Notes under the pieces: generated by a model
Database searches by the model: none
Seen by the model: only the letters and a program-made list of their open reading frames with translations
Told to the model about the DNA's origin: nothing
Translations under genes and position numbers: made by a program
Source: Magallana gigas
Taxonomy: Eukaryota
Assembly (NCBI RefSeq): GCF_963853765.1
Contig: NC_088857.1
Location: 8,556,001-8,620,000, forward strand
Reading direction: 5' to 3'
DNA: 64,000 nt
Shown here: positions 1 to 11,709 of the stretch, one piece after another
Layout: each line of letters starts with the position of its first letter
How positions within the stretch are numbered: position 1 is the first letter of the stretch

Positions 1-946
1 TATCATTTATATGAAATTCCATGTCATTCAGGTCTTTAGAATTTCAGTTCTTTAGTACGTCCGTATACCGACCCCGATATAATTACCGTCTTCCTTAAAA
101 GACGGTATAAAGAGTTGAAATAATTTACAGTCTCCGGGTTGTGCACTTCCTTTCCTTTGTGATTGGTAGAAAATACATGATGTGAAAATTTACATTTATT
201 TCATTGGTTGAAATATTGTTCGGCGCAAGGGAGATAATTTTCTGATGATCTTTTTTATGTACGACTTAACAAATTTCGTAGATTTCAAATCTTAAAAAGT
301 GAGAAAACGAAAAAGCAATACAAAATTGCTATGAATGAAATTCAGCCTTTGGTTATCAGGTCCAACTAGTTGAAAGTAACATTCTATAATATCTATTGAA
401 ATTATTTGTTTTTCTTTTAGCATTGTTTATTCTAGATAGATAAATACAGTGGGATAACAATAATACGAGTCTACGACCCTACCTAAGATCGCTTTTACCC
501 TATAGTCGATCTCAACTTACAAGCTCGGGTACGCAGTTCTCAATTTTAGACACGAAGGCTTAAACGACACATGACATAAAATGTTCCAATCGCCATGCTA
601 TGTAGAGGAATGTGACATTTATATAAAAAGAATTAAACTGTCTTTGATAACTAATTGCTGTTTAAGGTTTGTTCTAAAGAGAGTAAGCTTTTAAAAAAAA
701 GCAAAACTTGTGTTTTGAAAAGAATGAAATTACAGTCTCGATAAAAACTCGCCTAACACGACAGGCTATGATCTACTTTACATTTACGAGTAAAACAAAA
801 AATATGTAATATTTTATAAAGGCTTAAAACCTATTTCTACATGCAAATTTACTTTTAATTCATAAAAATAATTAAATATTTTAAAATTCGATAACAAACA
901 CTATCCCGCAGAAACGCAGTTACAATATCTAAATATATATCAAATA

Positions 947-979
947 ACGGACCGCCTTCCGGCGGCCCGTAATAACTAC
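947..979 (+). mobile_element. Degenerate Helitron-like 3' terminus (GC-rich hairpin followed by CTAC)
   Basis: ACGGACCGCC-TTCC-GGCGGCCCGT hairpin at 947-970, then AATAA and CTAC (976-979) where the canonical Helitron end is CTRR/CTAG. Confidence 0.4.
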
Positions 980-1841
980 ACTCTACCAAAGAAGCCGAAG
1001 TTCTTTAGGATTTCCCTAGAAGTGATCCGAAGAAAAAATATCTACACAGTCATCCTTATATACATTGTATAAATGTAAGAACTTTCACTTTTTACCTTTG
1101 AATATCTTTTAATTCACCATTCCTTCTTGATTCAAACTTATTTGAAAAAAAATACATTAAAAAATGTAATGATTACAATGCATTTATTTATCATTACACA
1201 AAATCTGTTTGCTATTAAAATAAGACTAATATGGCATACATGCAATTTTTTAAGGTACAATGGAAGAACTTTTATCAAAACATGTGACTTGATAGGTTAA
1301 TGAAAGAAATCCATTGGAATGACCATACATGTCCTCAACTTTCTTGTAATATCAATTGTATGAAATGGTAGTTGCTATGAAGTTTTTTTATTGCTAGATA
1401 ATCATTAAATGTGTATAAAAAATTGAGCCTGTTTTTTTTTAACAAATAACAACAATGAATGGTTTTACCACGGGTTTAAAACTAGTATTTTTGCTTTTCA
1501 GAATCTCTTTGACTTTTTCGTATTTTAGCAATTTGAAAAAAAATTTCGTGTATATGTTATGAAATTTCGGTTTTTACATAGAATTTATCTTAAGAATTAG
1601 AAGTTAAATAACTAAATATAACGAAAGGCATCTTGGATAAAAGCCCTTTATTGACAATTGAGAATATAGTGAACATAAATGACATATTATAGAGAAAGTC
1701 AAAAGGAAAAACATCCAAACTCTAATCAAATTTTAGTCTAATTAAAAATTTAGGAATTTCTACTGTAACGAAATTGACACGTGCTGTCTATTGGTGACCA
1801 TTTTTAGGAAAATCTGGCTGGAAGAAGTTATCAGTTACACT

Positions 1842-3482
1842 TTAGCTGTAAATTTCTGGATATTCCTCTCTGAAGTTACTGTCACGTCCTGGTGCTTTCT
1901 GACAGAGGTCTATGCACGCCTTGCAGCAGTTCCGTCCGTCTTTCAGATCGGTGCCCGGTGCAGGGTTGGTGCAGTATCTGCTGCATTTGCCACTGACTTT
2001 CTTTTCACACCGAGAATCCAGACCGGAATCTCTAATGTTGTTATAGTTTCCCCAGGGACAAACTACAAAGAGATGAACCAGTTTCTGAGTTACTATAGCT
2101 CAAAGACACTAAAGACCATCTTTCTTATAAAAATTCCTTTAAAAAATTATAAAATAAAAGTTTATACCGCATTTTTTTCACAGTGTACTGGTATACAATT
2201 TGGCACTTTGTTTGCTCAAAGGTCAATTGCTTATTCTCATGTTTAACTTTTTTCACAAAACCACTAAGAAAAGTCAAAATTAGCTATCCACTTGATTTTT
2301 TAGATTGATACGGTGGAAGGGGGTTTGTTGTTTTATAACAGCAGAAAATATATTTAGTTTAATACACTTTCCGGGGTTCGAGAGATTTTGTTTTAACCTA
2401 ATCAACACCTCATCCTTTTTAAAAAATGCCATTCAAAAGTCACCTGCACATTGCATAGTTCTTGCATCTTCGTAAAGAATTATTTTAATGCAATTGAAAT
2501 GTCAAAATTACCCCATTTTGTTAAATACCTAACATACTGTCACATGTGAAGAGGACAGACATGTATCAGGAGTTTGTTATCAATTTTGTTTGTCATTAAT
2601 TAAATGCTTACAACTTTTATAAAACTAAAATGTTCCTACTCCACACCTTCACAAACAAGGTAACCTCAGCAAACGCAAAATTGAAACTGAACTCTGCACT
2701 TTAAGCAAAAGTCAAAGGTCAAGGCAATGGCTGGAAGAGGATGAAGACTTATTGATCAGTCACCTCTGACAAGCCAAAAAATACTGTAAAGTGAAGATGA
2801 TACTCCCTATTCTTAGTGATGTTTTGTAAAACCCGCCTTAGGGAATTGAAGTAAACGGTACTACATGTAGCATGGCTGTTCGTTTTTTCATAATCTAGTC
2901 TTTATATACACATGAATTTACTTACGCATGTCTTTGTACTTTTTATTTCCGTTGTCGGCCAGAAGTAGCTTTTTGCAGGTCTGTTTACATCTACTGTACA
3001 CAGAGTTCTGGTAACACACATTTCGCATTGATTCATTCAATCTACTGCAAACTGCATCGTCTGTGAAAACATAAATTTATCTTATTTTATATTTTGTTTT
3101 ATTTCTCTGATGTAGAAAAAACAATGTAAATCCATCTATTTAACAGATAACCAATCAAACAGTTATATTTATCAAATGAGTACTCTTCAACAAAAAAATA
3201 AGCGTTTAAAAAAAAAAGGATCCCAGCTGCAGCATTGCTGATTTCAGATGAAACTGTCTCACAGCTTTAACTTTAAGTAATTGATATTTTTCCAGTACAA
3301 TTCGTTCGGACATCCTTAGCAATTTTATACGCGCCAATAAAATATGCTTATCTGATATATATGTGTGAAATAAACGAAGTTATATACTCTAACTATATAT
3401 AATTATACTTACCAGTGTATACAACATTGACTAAACAAACGACTAGAACCACACTGCAGGAAAACAGTCGTCGGTATTCCAT
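1842..3482 (-). CDS. Small secreted cysteine-rich protein, 141 aa, 3 coding exons (ShKT/PLAC-like Cys modules, family unassigned)
   Basis: Exons 3482-3413 (70 nt, ATG to GTAAGT donor), 3060-2926 (135 nt, TTTTCACAG acceptor, GTAAGT donor) and 2062-1842 (221 nt, CTCTTTGTAG acceptor, TAA). Both introns are phase 1 and the total is 426 nt. Protein: MEYRRLFSCSVVLVVCLVNVVYT-DDAVCSRLNESMRNVCYQNSVYSRCKQTCKKLLLADNGNKKYKDM-LCPWGNYNNIRDSGLDSRCEKKVSGKCSRYCTNPAPGTDLKDGRNCCKACIDLCQKAPGRDSNFREEYPEIYS. The N-terminus looks like a signal peptide. AATAAA at 1652-1647 on the minus strand. A probable 5'UTR exon ends at the donor at 3543. Confidence 0.85.
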
Positions 3483-6400
3483 GGTTGCTGTTACTGAAGA
3501 AATTCACGTTCTAACCCTTGGGAATGAAAAATACACTTCTTACCTGCTCGGGTACGACTGAATGAGTTGCCCCATCACCTGTTGAGGGATTTACATAGAT
3601 ATTGAGATCTACACTTCGCTGCACATCGTGTGCATGGACCGTAAGTAAGAATGAAGGTCTAAGGCTATGGTCTTGTCAAATTAATTTTTTTTTCAAATCT
3701 TATGAAATACATTGAATTCATGTATATTGAAATGATTTATTTAATTCAAATTGTTTAATGCGGTGGAAATTTTGAATGCAACAGCTGACTGTATTATATG
3801 TATGTATTAAACGACTTACAGTTTGTCATCCAGGTACTTAGGTAAATTAACACAAATCAATACACAAAATGTGTTACTGCTTCTAATGTTTTGTACACAT
3901 GACGACACCTTGTTTGAATCTGATACATAAAGAGAGTATGAATGTTAAAAAAAAATGTTTTATATGCTACAATTTGTGTTGCTCTATATAAAATGAAGAT
4001 CATGACAATTTATTTTACCTACCGTGAAATTAATAATGTTCATCTATTTATATACGAAGAATCTTTGGTCGCCTCACCGATTATTAGACTGATCAATCCG
4101 ATCGCCATATATGTCTGTAGCAAAACAGTAGTTGTAGTAAATACTAATAATACATTCATTTTTTAACAAGATAAAGCAAACAAGCAAATGCAATGCACAG
4201 CTTCTTGTGGAAATTTATCACGGCAAGGTAACGTTTGAGGTGAAAAAAGTTGTTTTTGAAATATCAAAAACCCAAAGGTGTACTCTATTTGTAACTAAAC
4301 ATTCGATTTTAGGAAAAAAAAACCATAAACACAAGACATTATGAATGCATATACATGTACTAAACGTTCGACGGCATGTAGGAATCATCGCCCAGAACAT
4401 TAATATTTTTTTTTGGGGGGGGGGGGGTCAATGTCCTCTTGAGTTTGCACTAGTCCAAAGTAAAAATAACAGCAAAAATGTTTTCTCCATGATGCGGCAT
4501 CAATTCAAGACGGGTGGATGGTCATGGTCAATTTAAGACTTTTTTAATCTTCTTAAAAAGAAGAGCTTGTGTAGAAAATACATGAAATAGAAAGTTCTTA
4601 TTTTTTTAAAGCTAAAATATTTCTCTTTACTTAATGATAAGTTATTGTGGAAGAAATCTTAGATATATAGGTTTAAATAGTTATTTCAACTCAAAATACA
4701 TGCATAATTATCTAATATGCTTAATTAAATGCATGACAACCTTTCCTTCTACTTGAACAGGGAATCAGAAAGTTTGTAGAATTTGTTCCCAATCCCTCCA
4801 AATTATTCATATGACGTCTTCAACAAAGTTGTACTTGACTTTGGGGATTTAATTTGCACAAAGATCCGTGAGTCACTGAAAATAGAAAATAAAACATTGT
4901 CTCTGGGATATGCGAGCTTTGTAAAATTCATGATTTTTTTTTTAATTGATCATTATCGTCTAAATGATTTTTGTGCCTTCTCTGGTATACACAGAAAAAA
5001 TCCGTATTTTCTATTGGCGTGAAACTATTGCATTTTTGTTCATCCCACTTACCGGCTTTGATCAAAATCTACATGTATATCGATACATCTATTAACCTCA
5101 ACTGTGTATTATATGTATAACGGAGCAAGCTGTACATGCCTCTTTGCATTGTTTTATCTTATCTGATCTTAACACATGGGACACCTGGTTTCATATTATA
5201 TATTGACGCTTTTTTACGAAAAAAAAATACTTGCAAATATGATCCTAGTTTTGTGTCTTTTGTATATTCAGTGAGTCATATATCAATAAATAATTTGTAG
5301 GATATTAATGTTTTGTAACTCTCAACATCCCATCAAAATCTATATCTATTTTGTTCGAATGAAAAAGCGTGTTTATAAAAATATGACACTTTAATTTATA
5401 GAGCTTCAATGTGATTAAAATATGGGCCTTTTGAGTGTAAGAAATTCCGTACTCCTTTGTTTTTAATCAAATCTTAAAATCATAAAACGTGTCAATTTTC
5501 TCCATAATAACCAATCGATGCATGTTTTAAATAGGAATGCATTTAATGGATGGCTGATGGGGTGATGCTCCGTTTGACACATTACAACACAACGCATTGT
5601 TTGAGGAATTCAAAAGCTAATAAATGATAACAATAATGCAAAAATCACATACTGTTAAACAGTCAGAGATCCAACTGACAAAAGAACATTTTGATTAAAA
5701 CCTTGGGTCCTTGAACATTGATTCTGTGGTTTCGAAAGCCTCGATCATTATATGTATCATGTCTGTCTACATATATACATGTATTAATCTTTCTTATGAC
5801 GACATCGGATTTAAGGAGTTTTTTTCTTTCTAGAAGTACTAGTAAAACACTTATCAAAGAGGGTTTAGATACAACACAATATCTTGTTACAAATCTTGAA
5901 GATGATACAAGTCAGGTAGCATACACCACTGTATCTGTGCTATTGCATTATATCTGGTCCCACGTCAATTGGCTACCGTGCAATTTACACGTTCTCTTAT
6001 CAAATTTCGATTGAAACTAAAATAAAAATTTCTGTTATTGTAAATCCTTTGCAAATAGACTAAGAAACTTTCAAAATGACAAACAAAATTATGCAAAAAA
6101 AGAGCTCAATTTCCGTTCATACTGAATGTATGTGTTTCATGTAAATAGGATAAAATCAACAACGGATATGTATTTGAGTTGATTTATTTTGATTTTTCTA
6201 AAGCTTACGCAAACCAAATTCATAAACATGCAATATTTTTTTTAAACATTTCACTTATTTTATAACGCTTTAAAACAAGACTAACGCACGAAATACATGT
6301 AGTACAAATTTTATGCCCTCGTTTAATTGATTATCTTTTTTTGTGCGTAGATGCGTCAAAATCTGATAAATTATACAAGGTGGGGACAGATTAGTTTTGG

Positions 6401-6947
6401 TGATAGGTATTTGAATATTCAAAATACATGAATAGGTTTTAAAATAAAGTGTCTAGATTTATAAAATATCAAGAAATATTTTTTTTAATTTTCATGTAAA
6501 GGGTCATGCTTTTTGTGTAACACGTTTTTAAAAAAAATCTTATCATAATTGTGAAAATGATGTTTACGGACGATGCACGATTCCATGCTTGGGCTGATGC
6601 CCATTATGTTCATAGATTCATTGAATCAGTTTTGGTACAGAAGAGCGTCAATTAAATTTCTCCATTTTTCTCCATTTTGGTAGTGCGGTCATGAAACAGT
6701 CGACCGTCTTGGCCTCGATTTGAACTTCGTCAACAATGAACAATCTCGTACCTCATCAAAGAGAACTCGAACTTTCGTGTACTTTAAGGCGTTAACGGTC
6801 AAAAAGTTTTTATTATTCATCTCATAATCAGGATAATTGTATGTTTTTAGTTATTATGCTAAATCATGACACCTCTGCATGCCTTGGCTATTTTCTATAC
6901 TATACATGAAAGGTAATTTAAGCAAAATACAAATTAAGATAAGGAAG

Positions 6948-6951
<4 letters not shown>

Positions 6952-7018
<67 letters not shown>
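6952..7018. repeat. (CT)n microsatellite
   Basis: About 33 perfect CT units read directly from the sequence. Confidence 0.98.
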
Positions 7019-7021
<3 letters not shown>

Positions 7022-7857
7022 GATGACAGTATATGGTTGAACTTTTTTTTTTCAAAGCAAACATTCAAAGATTTGAAATGAGACCAAGTGTTCGCTAAGA
7101 AAAAATAGTATGTAACTAATATCTTCATTGTAGATTACATGTAGAACTTAGCACTGCGCTAACCAACATTTTTACAATCGTATTTAAGTTCAGAGATATG
7201 GAGGGTAATCGTGTTCAAAAATCCAGACATGTAAACTTGTAAATCCGAATATGCAATCGTGTTGATGTGTGAGTCTGAGCATGAATATGTATAATTCTGA
7301 TCGTGTAACCTACAAAACTCGGGCATAAACACGTGTAAGATTTGACTCAGTTCCTTCGCATGATGCACATTTTGCAACTTTATTGTTTACATTAGTTAAT
7401 TAAACCTTCAATTTTGCACACTTTCAATCCGTAGTTTCTGCGTTTGTAACTTCAGGCTCGGCAATAGCACATCTGACATGATACAAATTGACAAATGTAA
7501 AGTCTACAAGTTTGTCGAATTTTGACATGACCTTATATGGAAACAGTGACGTCACTGATAGAAAAAGGCTAGCTGCAGGTAAAGGCATGCCGTAATCGCC
7601 GGAATAGGGACGGAATAAATAAAAAAAAATATTAGGTAAGCATATAATCATATTATCTCTGGATAACATTTCATAGAATATCATTTTTCGGAAAATTAAA
7701 TAATGAGATTGGTGTACATTTTATCAAGAGAATGTATAAAAGATGCGAGTAAAGAATTCGATCGGCTTCAGATATCCTCTTAGAACTGAAAAAAATTACA
7801 TTTAATTAATGACTTTGTTTGAATACACATGTATAAAGATATATACGCATTTTTATT

Positions 7858-8278
7858 CATAGGCGTCTGAACCGGAAGGGGGGGGGGCTAGGGGTCGGGA
7901 CTTAGCCCCCCCCCCCCCCACTTTTTTGCCAAGTTAGTCCTAACCATTAGGAACATAGCAACAGGGAGGATTCAACCCCCCTACTTTTTCCTCGCAACAA
8001 ACAAAATTGTTCCTTAAAAGACCTTAAAGAGAATGAAATATTAATAGTGATATTGAAAATTAGAGTCATAGTAGGTATACTAGCACACCCCATCACCACC
8101 ACCACCACGACGGATTAGGAATTTCATGATTTGAGGGGGGGATTGGGCAGGTAAGATTGGATTTATTTGTATACCCTCCCCCACGGATTAGAATTTTCAT
8201 GATTATGGGAATTCTTGTCAATATTTTTTTATGATTAGTTTAGCCCCCCCCCCCTTACAATTTGCTTCCGACGCCACT
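7858..8278. mobile_element. Nested short non-autonomous element with G/C homopolymer tracts
   Basis: Begins CATAGGCGTCTGAACC plus a G-run and ends GCTTCCGACGCCACTG (imperfect inverted termini). A truncated second start of the same family lies at about 10216-10245. Confidence 0.6.
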
Positions 8279-9067
8279 GTTATTAGAGTACATGCAACAA
8301 ATTGTTAAAGTATAGGCCTCGGCTGAATTAAGAAAATATCTCCAAATGCATCCTTATCGCTACCAAAAAGTTGTGACAAGACCCCCCCCCCCCCCACGTG
8401 AAAAATTACACGGGGTCCGTCAGCTGAGTTGCAAAGTTATCGATAAGAAAAACTATTTAAAGACATTGGTTTTGAGGTTGTGATTACCCCGTTATATGAG
8501 ACATAAGAAGCGACGCCCTCTTTAAAAAAATGAATAAAAATTCCAAAGATAAGGTTAACTGTCGTGAAATTAAAATGTGTATAAATTATTTTAAGAAATA
8601 TTTCTTTGCATTGTCGGCAATATATAGGGAAAAAAGCCTATCATGCAGGTAAAAATTGACATTTTTTAAAATCATTTTAAGCAATTATTACGGGATTGAG
8701 TATTACGTCCTGAATGTCGGTTCAATACAGACTCACTTTGTGAAGTTGGCTGATAAAAATTTTCTGGAGAGTTAGTATAATACAGCTTTACAGCCACTTG
8801 TGAACTACCTGCAGGTCTGTAGCTCCCTGTCTAAAAATACAGATGAACGATCTTTGAGCTACAGTGCCTCCCGTAGTAAAACTTCAATTTACGGCGCACA
8901 AAAAATATGCGCTAGTTTTTTTTTATTATTATTGAAGATTGTGTTATTATTTGTCTTTCACTTACACAACAACAAAAAGTATAAATACAGTCATGTAAAG
9001 TAACATAAATTTTTCCGCGAAAAATTACCAAATCCTTGCAGGTCGTTTATTCTAACTAATTCAGAAA

Positions 9068-9330
9068 AATAACAAGAGTAAAAATGGGGTACTCTATATG
9101 CAATGTTTTGGCCCAAAAATGACTAAGTTCAACAGCTGATATTTTTATAAATTATCAGAAATCAAAATCCTAGAAATTTGCATACTTCTGATATATACGT
9201 ATAAATGATCTGCAAAAGAACAACTTCCTATCTTGAAAACTGTTCGAGGAGTTATCGGTACAATAAGGGTATCTTTTTGACAGCCACTCGCCCATCTCCA
9301 ATTTTTACTATTTCAATAATCGGAAACCCG
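9068..9330 (+). mobile_element. Helentron-associated (HINE-like) element fragment nested in the TIR transposon
   Basis: Starts AACAAGAG, the same 5' motif as the element at 46724, with an AAAACTGTTCGAGGAGTTATC core. Family assignment is from recall. Confidence 0.4.
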
Positions 9331-10521
9331 GTTAAAAATTCACTCTCAAAATTCTTAGAATTCAGAAGCAATGGAGCTACATGGGACCTCACGGCGGTCT
9401 TCGAACCCCATGCCGCTCAAAATATATTTACCCCCTTAGGAAATTTCTTGATCCGTCTCATTTCTAGAAAAAGAGTACGCATTTACTTATATTCCAGTTT
9501 AAATTACTTGTCAATTTTTTTTAGAGATGTAAGATATTAGGCATTTCCTTTTATAATTCCATGAGAATTATATTACGGAAATTAGCGCATTCGTCACAAC
9601 GGCAACGATTTTTTTCTACATGAACCTCTTCCTGTTTGGTCCAGTTTCAATCATACCTCAATTTTTTTTCTACAAATAATACCGGTGTTTTCGATAGAAA
9701 ATGTGTCGTTCATTAAAAGCTTATTGCAACAGTTTAGCTGAATATTATGTTTATTTTTCGTTCATTCCGGTCCGGCGGTTACGGCATGCCTTTTCCCGCA
9801 GCAAGGCAGTTGCCATATAAGGTCATGTCAAAATTCGACAAACTTGTAGACTTTACATTTGTCAATTTGTATCATGTCAGATGTGCTATTGCCGAGCCTG
9901 AAGTTACAAACGCAGAAACTACGGATTGAAAGTGTGCAAAGTTGAAGGTTTAATTAACCAATGTAAACAATAAAGTTGCAAAATGTGCATCATGCGAAGG
10001 AACTGAGTCAAATCTTGTACACGTGTTTATGCCCGAGTTTTATAGGTTACACGATCAGAATTACACATATTCATGCTCAGGCTCACACATCAACACGATT
10101 GCATATTCGGATTTACAAGTTTACATGTCTGGATTTTTGAACACGATTACCCTCCATACAGAGATAGATACACTGTATATTGTAGAAGAGTGGCGTGTCT
10201 ATGAAAGTTTGTTTCCATAGGCGTCTGAAACGGGAAGGGGGCGCTATAGAATGAATGAATCAACGCCTCCCCCCACCTCACAACGGTTTTGATTTTGAGG
10301 ATAGGCGAACATGTGTTTTTCTTCTTACATGTATTTCTTTGTGCTTGTCAAAATTTCGGTCTAGTCTTGTCATCCACCCTCAGTTTGCTTCTGACCTATG
10401 GTTTTCATCTATCTTTTGTCAGTTAGTTGTAACATAAAGCAATAATTAAAGGTTAAAAGGAAAAAAAAAATATTTGTATTTATTTGTATTAAAGCCTGTT
10501 TATCTACGCCGACGCTATCTA

Positions 10522-11709
10522 CAGTGGTAGCAACGTTATTGTTGACAAACGACACGCACGATTCTGATACACGAACGAACACGCACGATACACGAACGAT
10601 CACGCACGATACAAGGACGATCACTAACTTACTGAATTTTCACGATACACGAACAAAAACGATAAAACACGCAACCGAACGATTCTACACCATTAAACAC
10701 GCAAAATCAAAATTAATTTTTAAGATTAGAATTAAGAAAACGTATTGCTTTAATTTGTATTGCTTTATGTTTGTGTTTTATTGAAAAGCGGCATGTACAG
10801 TAGCAATGCACTGTTTTATATTTTACGAGTAAACAATTTACACATCCATACAAAAAAATATATGATTCATACACAAATTAATTTTTTGTCTCCATAACGA
10901 ATAATAACTTAAGTTTAAATGAATTGAAGATAATGCATTAACTATATGAATTTATTACCTACAAGTTGACTGTTTATTTAATCAAGGTCCCTTACGTACG
11001 ATTTAATTATGCGGGATAGAGGTAAATTTGTTACCTTGTTCCATAGAATTTGGATTTTACACATAGAATATTTTCATTATTTACAGTACATAATTGATTT
11101 ATTTCTATTTATTCTAAATGTTAAAGCGTCTATAAAAAAATTATTTCAAACAAATGTTTACACAATGAACCAGATAGGAATGCGTATCGTATTCTCATTG
11201 GAAAGAAAAACGTTGGGGATAATCGTTTAGTTTAAAACGGGGAGTGGGTAAGCTTGACCGCTTTCATTCAACGTGTCGCTCTTGCTTTATATGATTAAAA
11301 TTATGTGTCAAGACACAATGGATGCTTGATATAGGCTGACATAACATTATGCAAAACTAACTCGACCGAACAAAGGATTGAATTAGCTGTGGAAATACTT
11401 GATAAATGTATTTAACCACGAAAGAGAGAATGAATGCTAAAACTGTCAATGTTTTTCTATAAAAAAAAGTTTAAAATTCACATTGTTTTACAAAAAAAAC
11501 TTGTCGTTGTTTTAAGAATAAATCCTGACATTCCGTAAAAAAAGTTACAAAACGAAAAAACCGCATGATCACGCACGAACACGCACGGTAAAAAACGCAA
11601 ACTATTTTTCCTGATACACGCACGATCCCGCACGTTACACGAACGATCACCCACGTTACACGAACTATTTAACACGATTGGCTTGTCAACAATAACGTTG
11701 TTACCACTG
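10522..11709. mobile_element. MITE-like non-autonomous transposon, 1188 bp, 27-bp TIRs, TA target-site duplication (Tc1/mariner-type ends)
   Basis: CAGTGGTAGCAACGTTATTGTTGACAA at 10522 and TTGTCAACAATAACGTTGTTACCACTG ending at 11709 (1 mismatch). TA at 10520-10521 and 11710-11711. Subterminal arrays of CACGMACGA-type motifs at both ends. Confidence 0.88.

Larger units (their letters stand above)
7197..10158. mobile_element. Non-autonomous DNA transposon, ~2.96 kb, ~345-bp terminal inverted repeats, 6-bp target-site duplication
   Basis: 7197-7540 is the near-identical reverse complement of 9813-10158 (termini TATGGAGGGTAATCG...CGATTACCCTCCATA). CAGAGA flanks both ends (7191-7196 and 10159-10164). 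Similarity continues more loosely about 80 bp inward. No transposase ORF inside. Confidence 0.88.

Noticed and set aside
1791-2246. 151-aa plus-strand ORF
   Set aside because: It is the antisense shadow of exon 3 of the Cys-rich gene, which has the splice signals and a coherent Cys pattern.
6934-7128. ORF with an RERERE tract
   Set aside because: Translation of the (CT)n microsatellite.
9383-9415. GGGGTTCGAAGACC, B-box-like, on the minus strand
   Set aside because: No A box or cloverleaf could be built, so neither a tRNA nor a SINE is supported.
7159-10220. Pairs of near-identical short ORFs (7424-7684/9747-9929 and 7159-7377/10023-10220)
   Set aside because: They are the two TIRs of one transposon, not duplicated genes.
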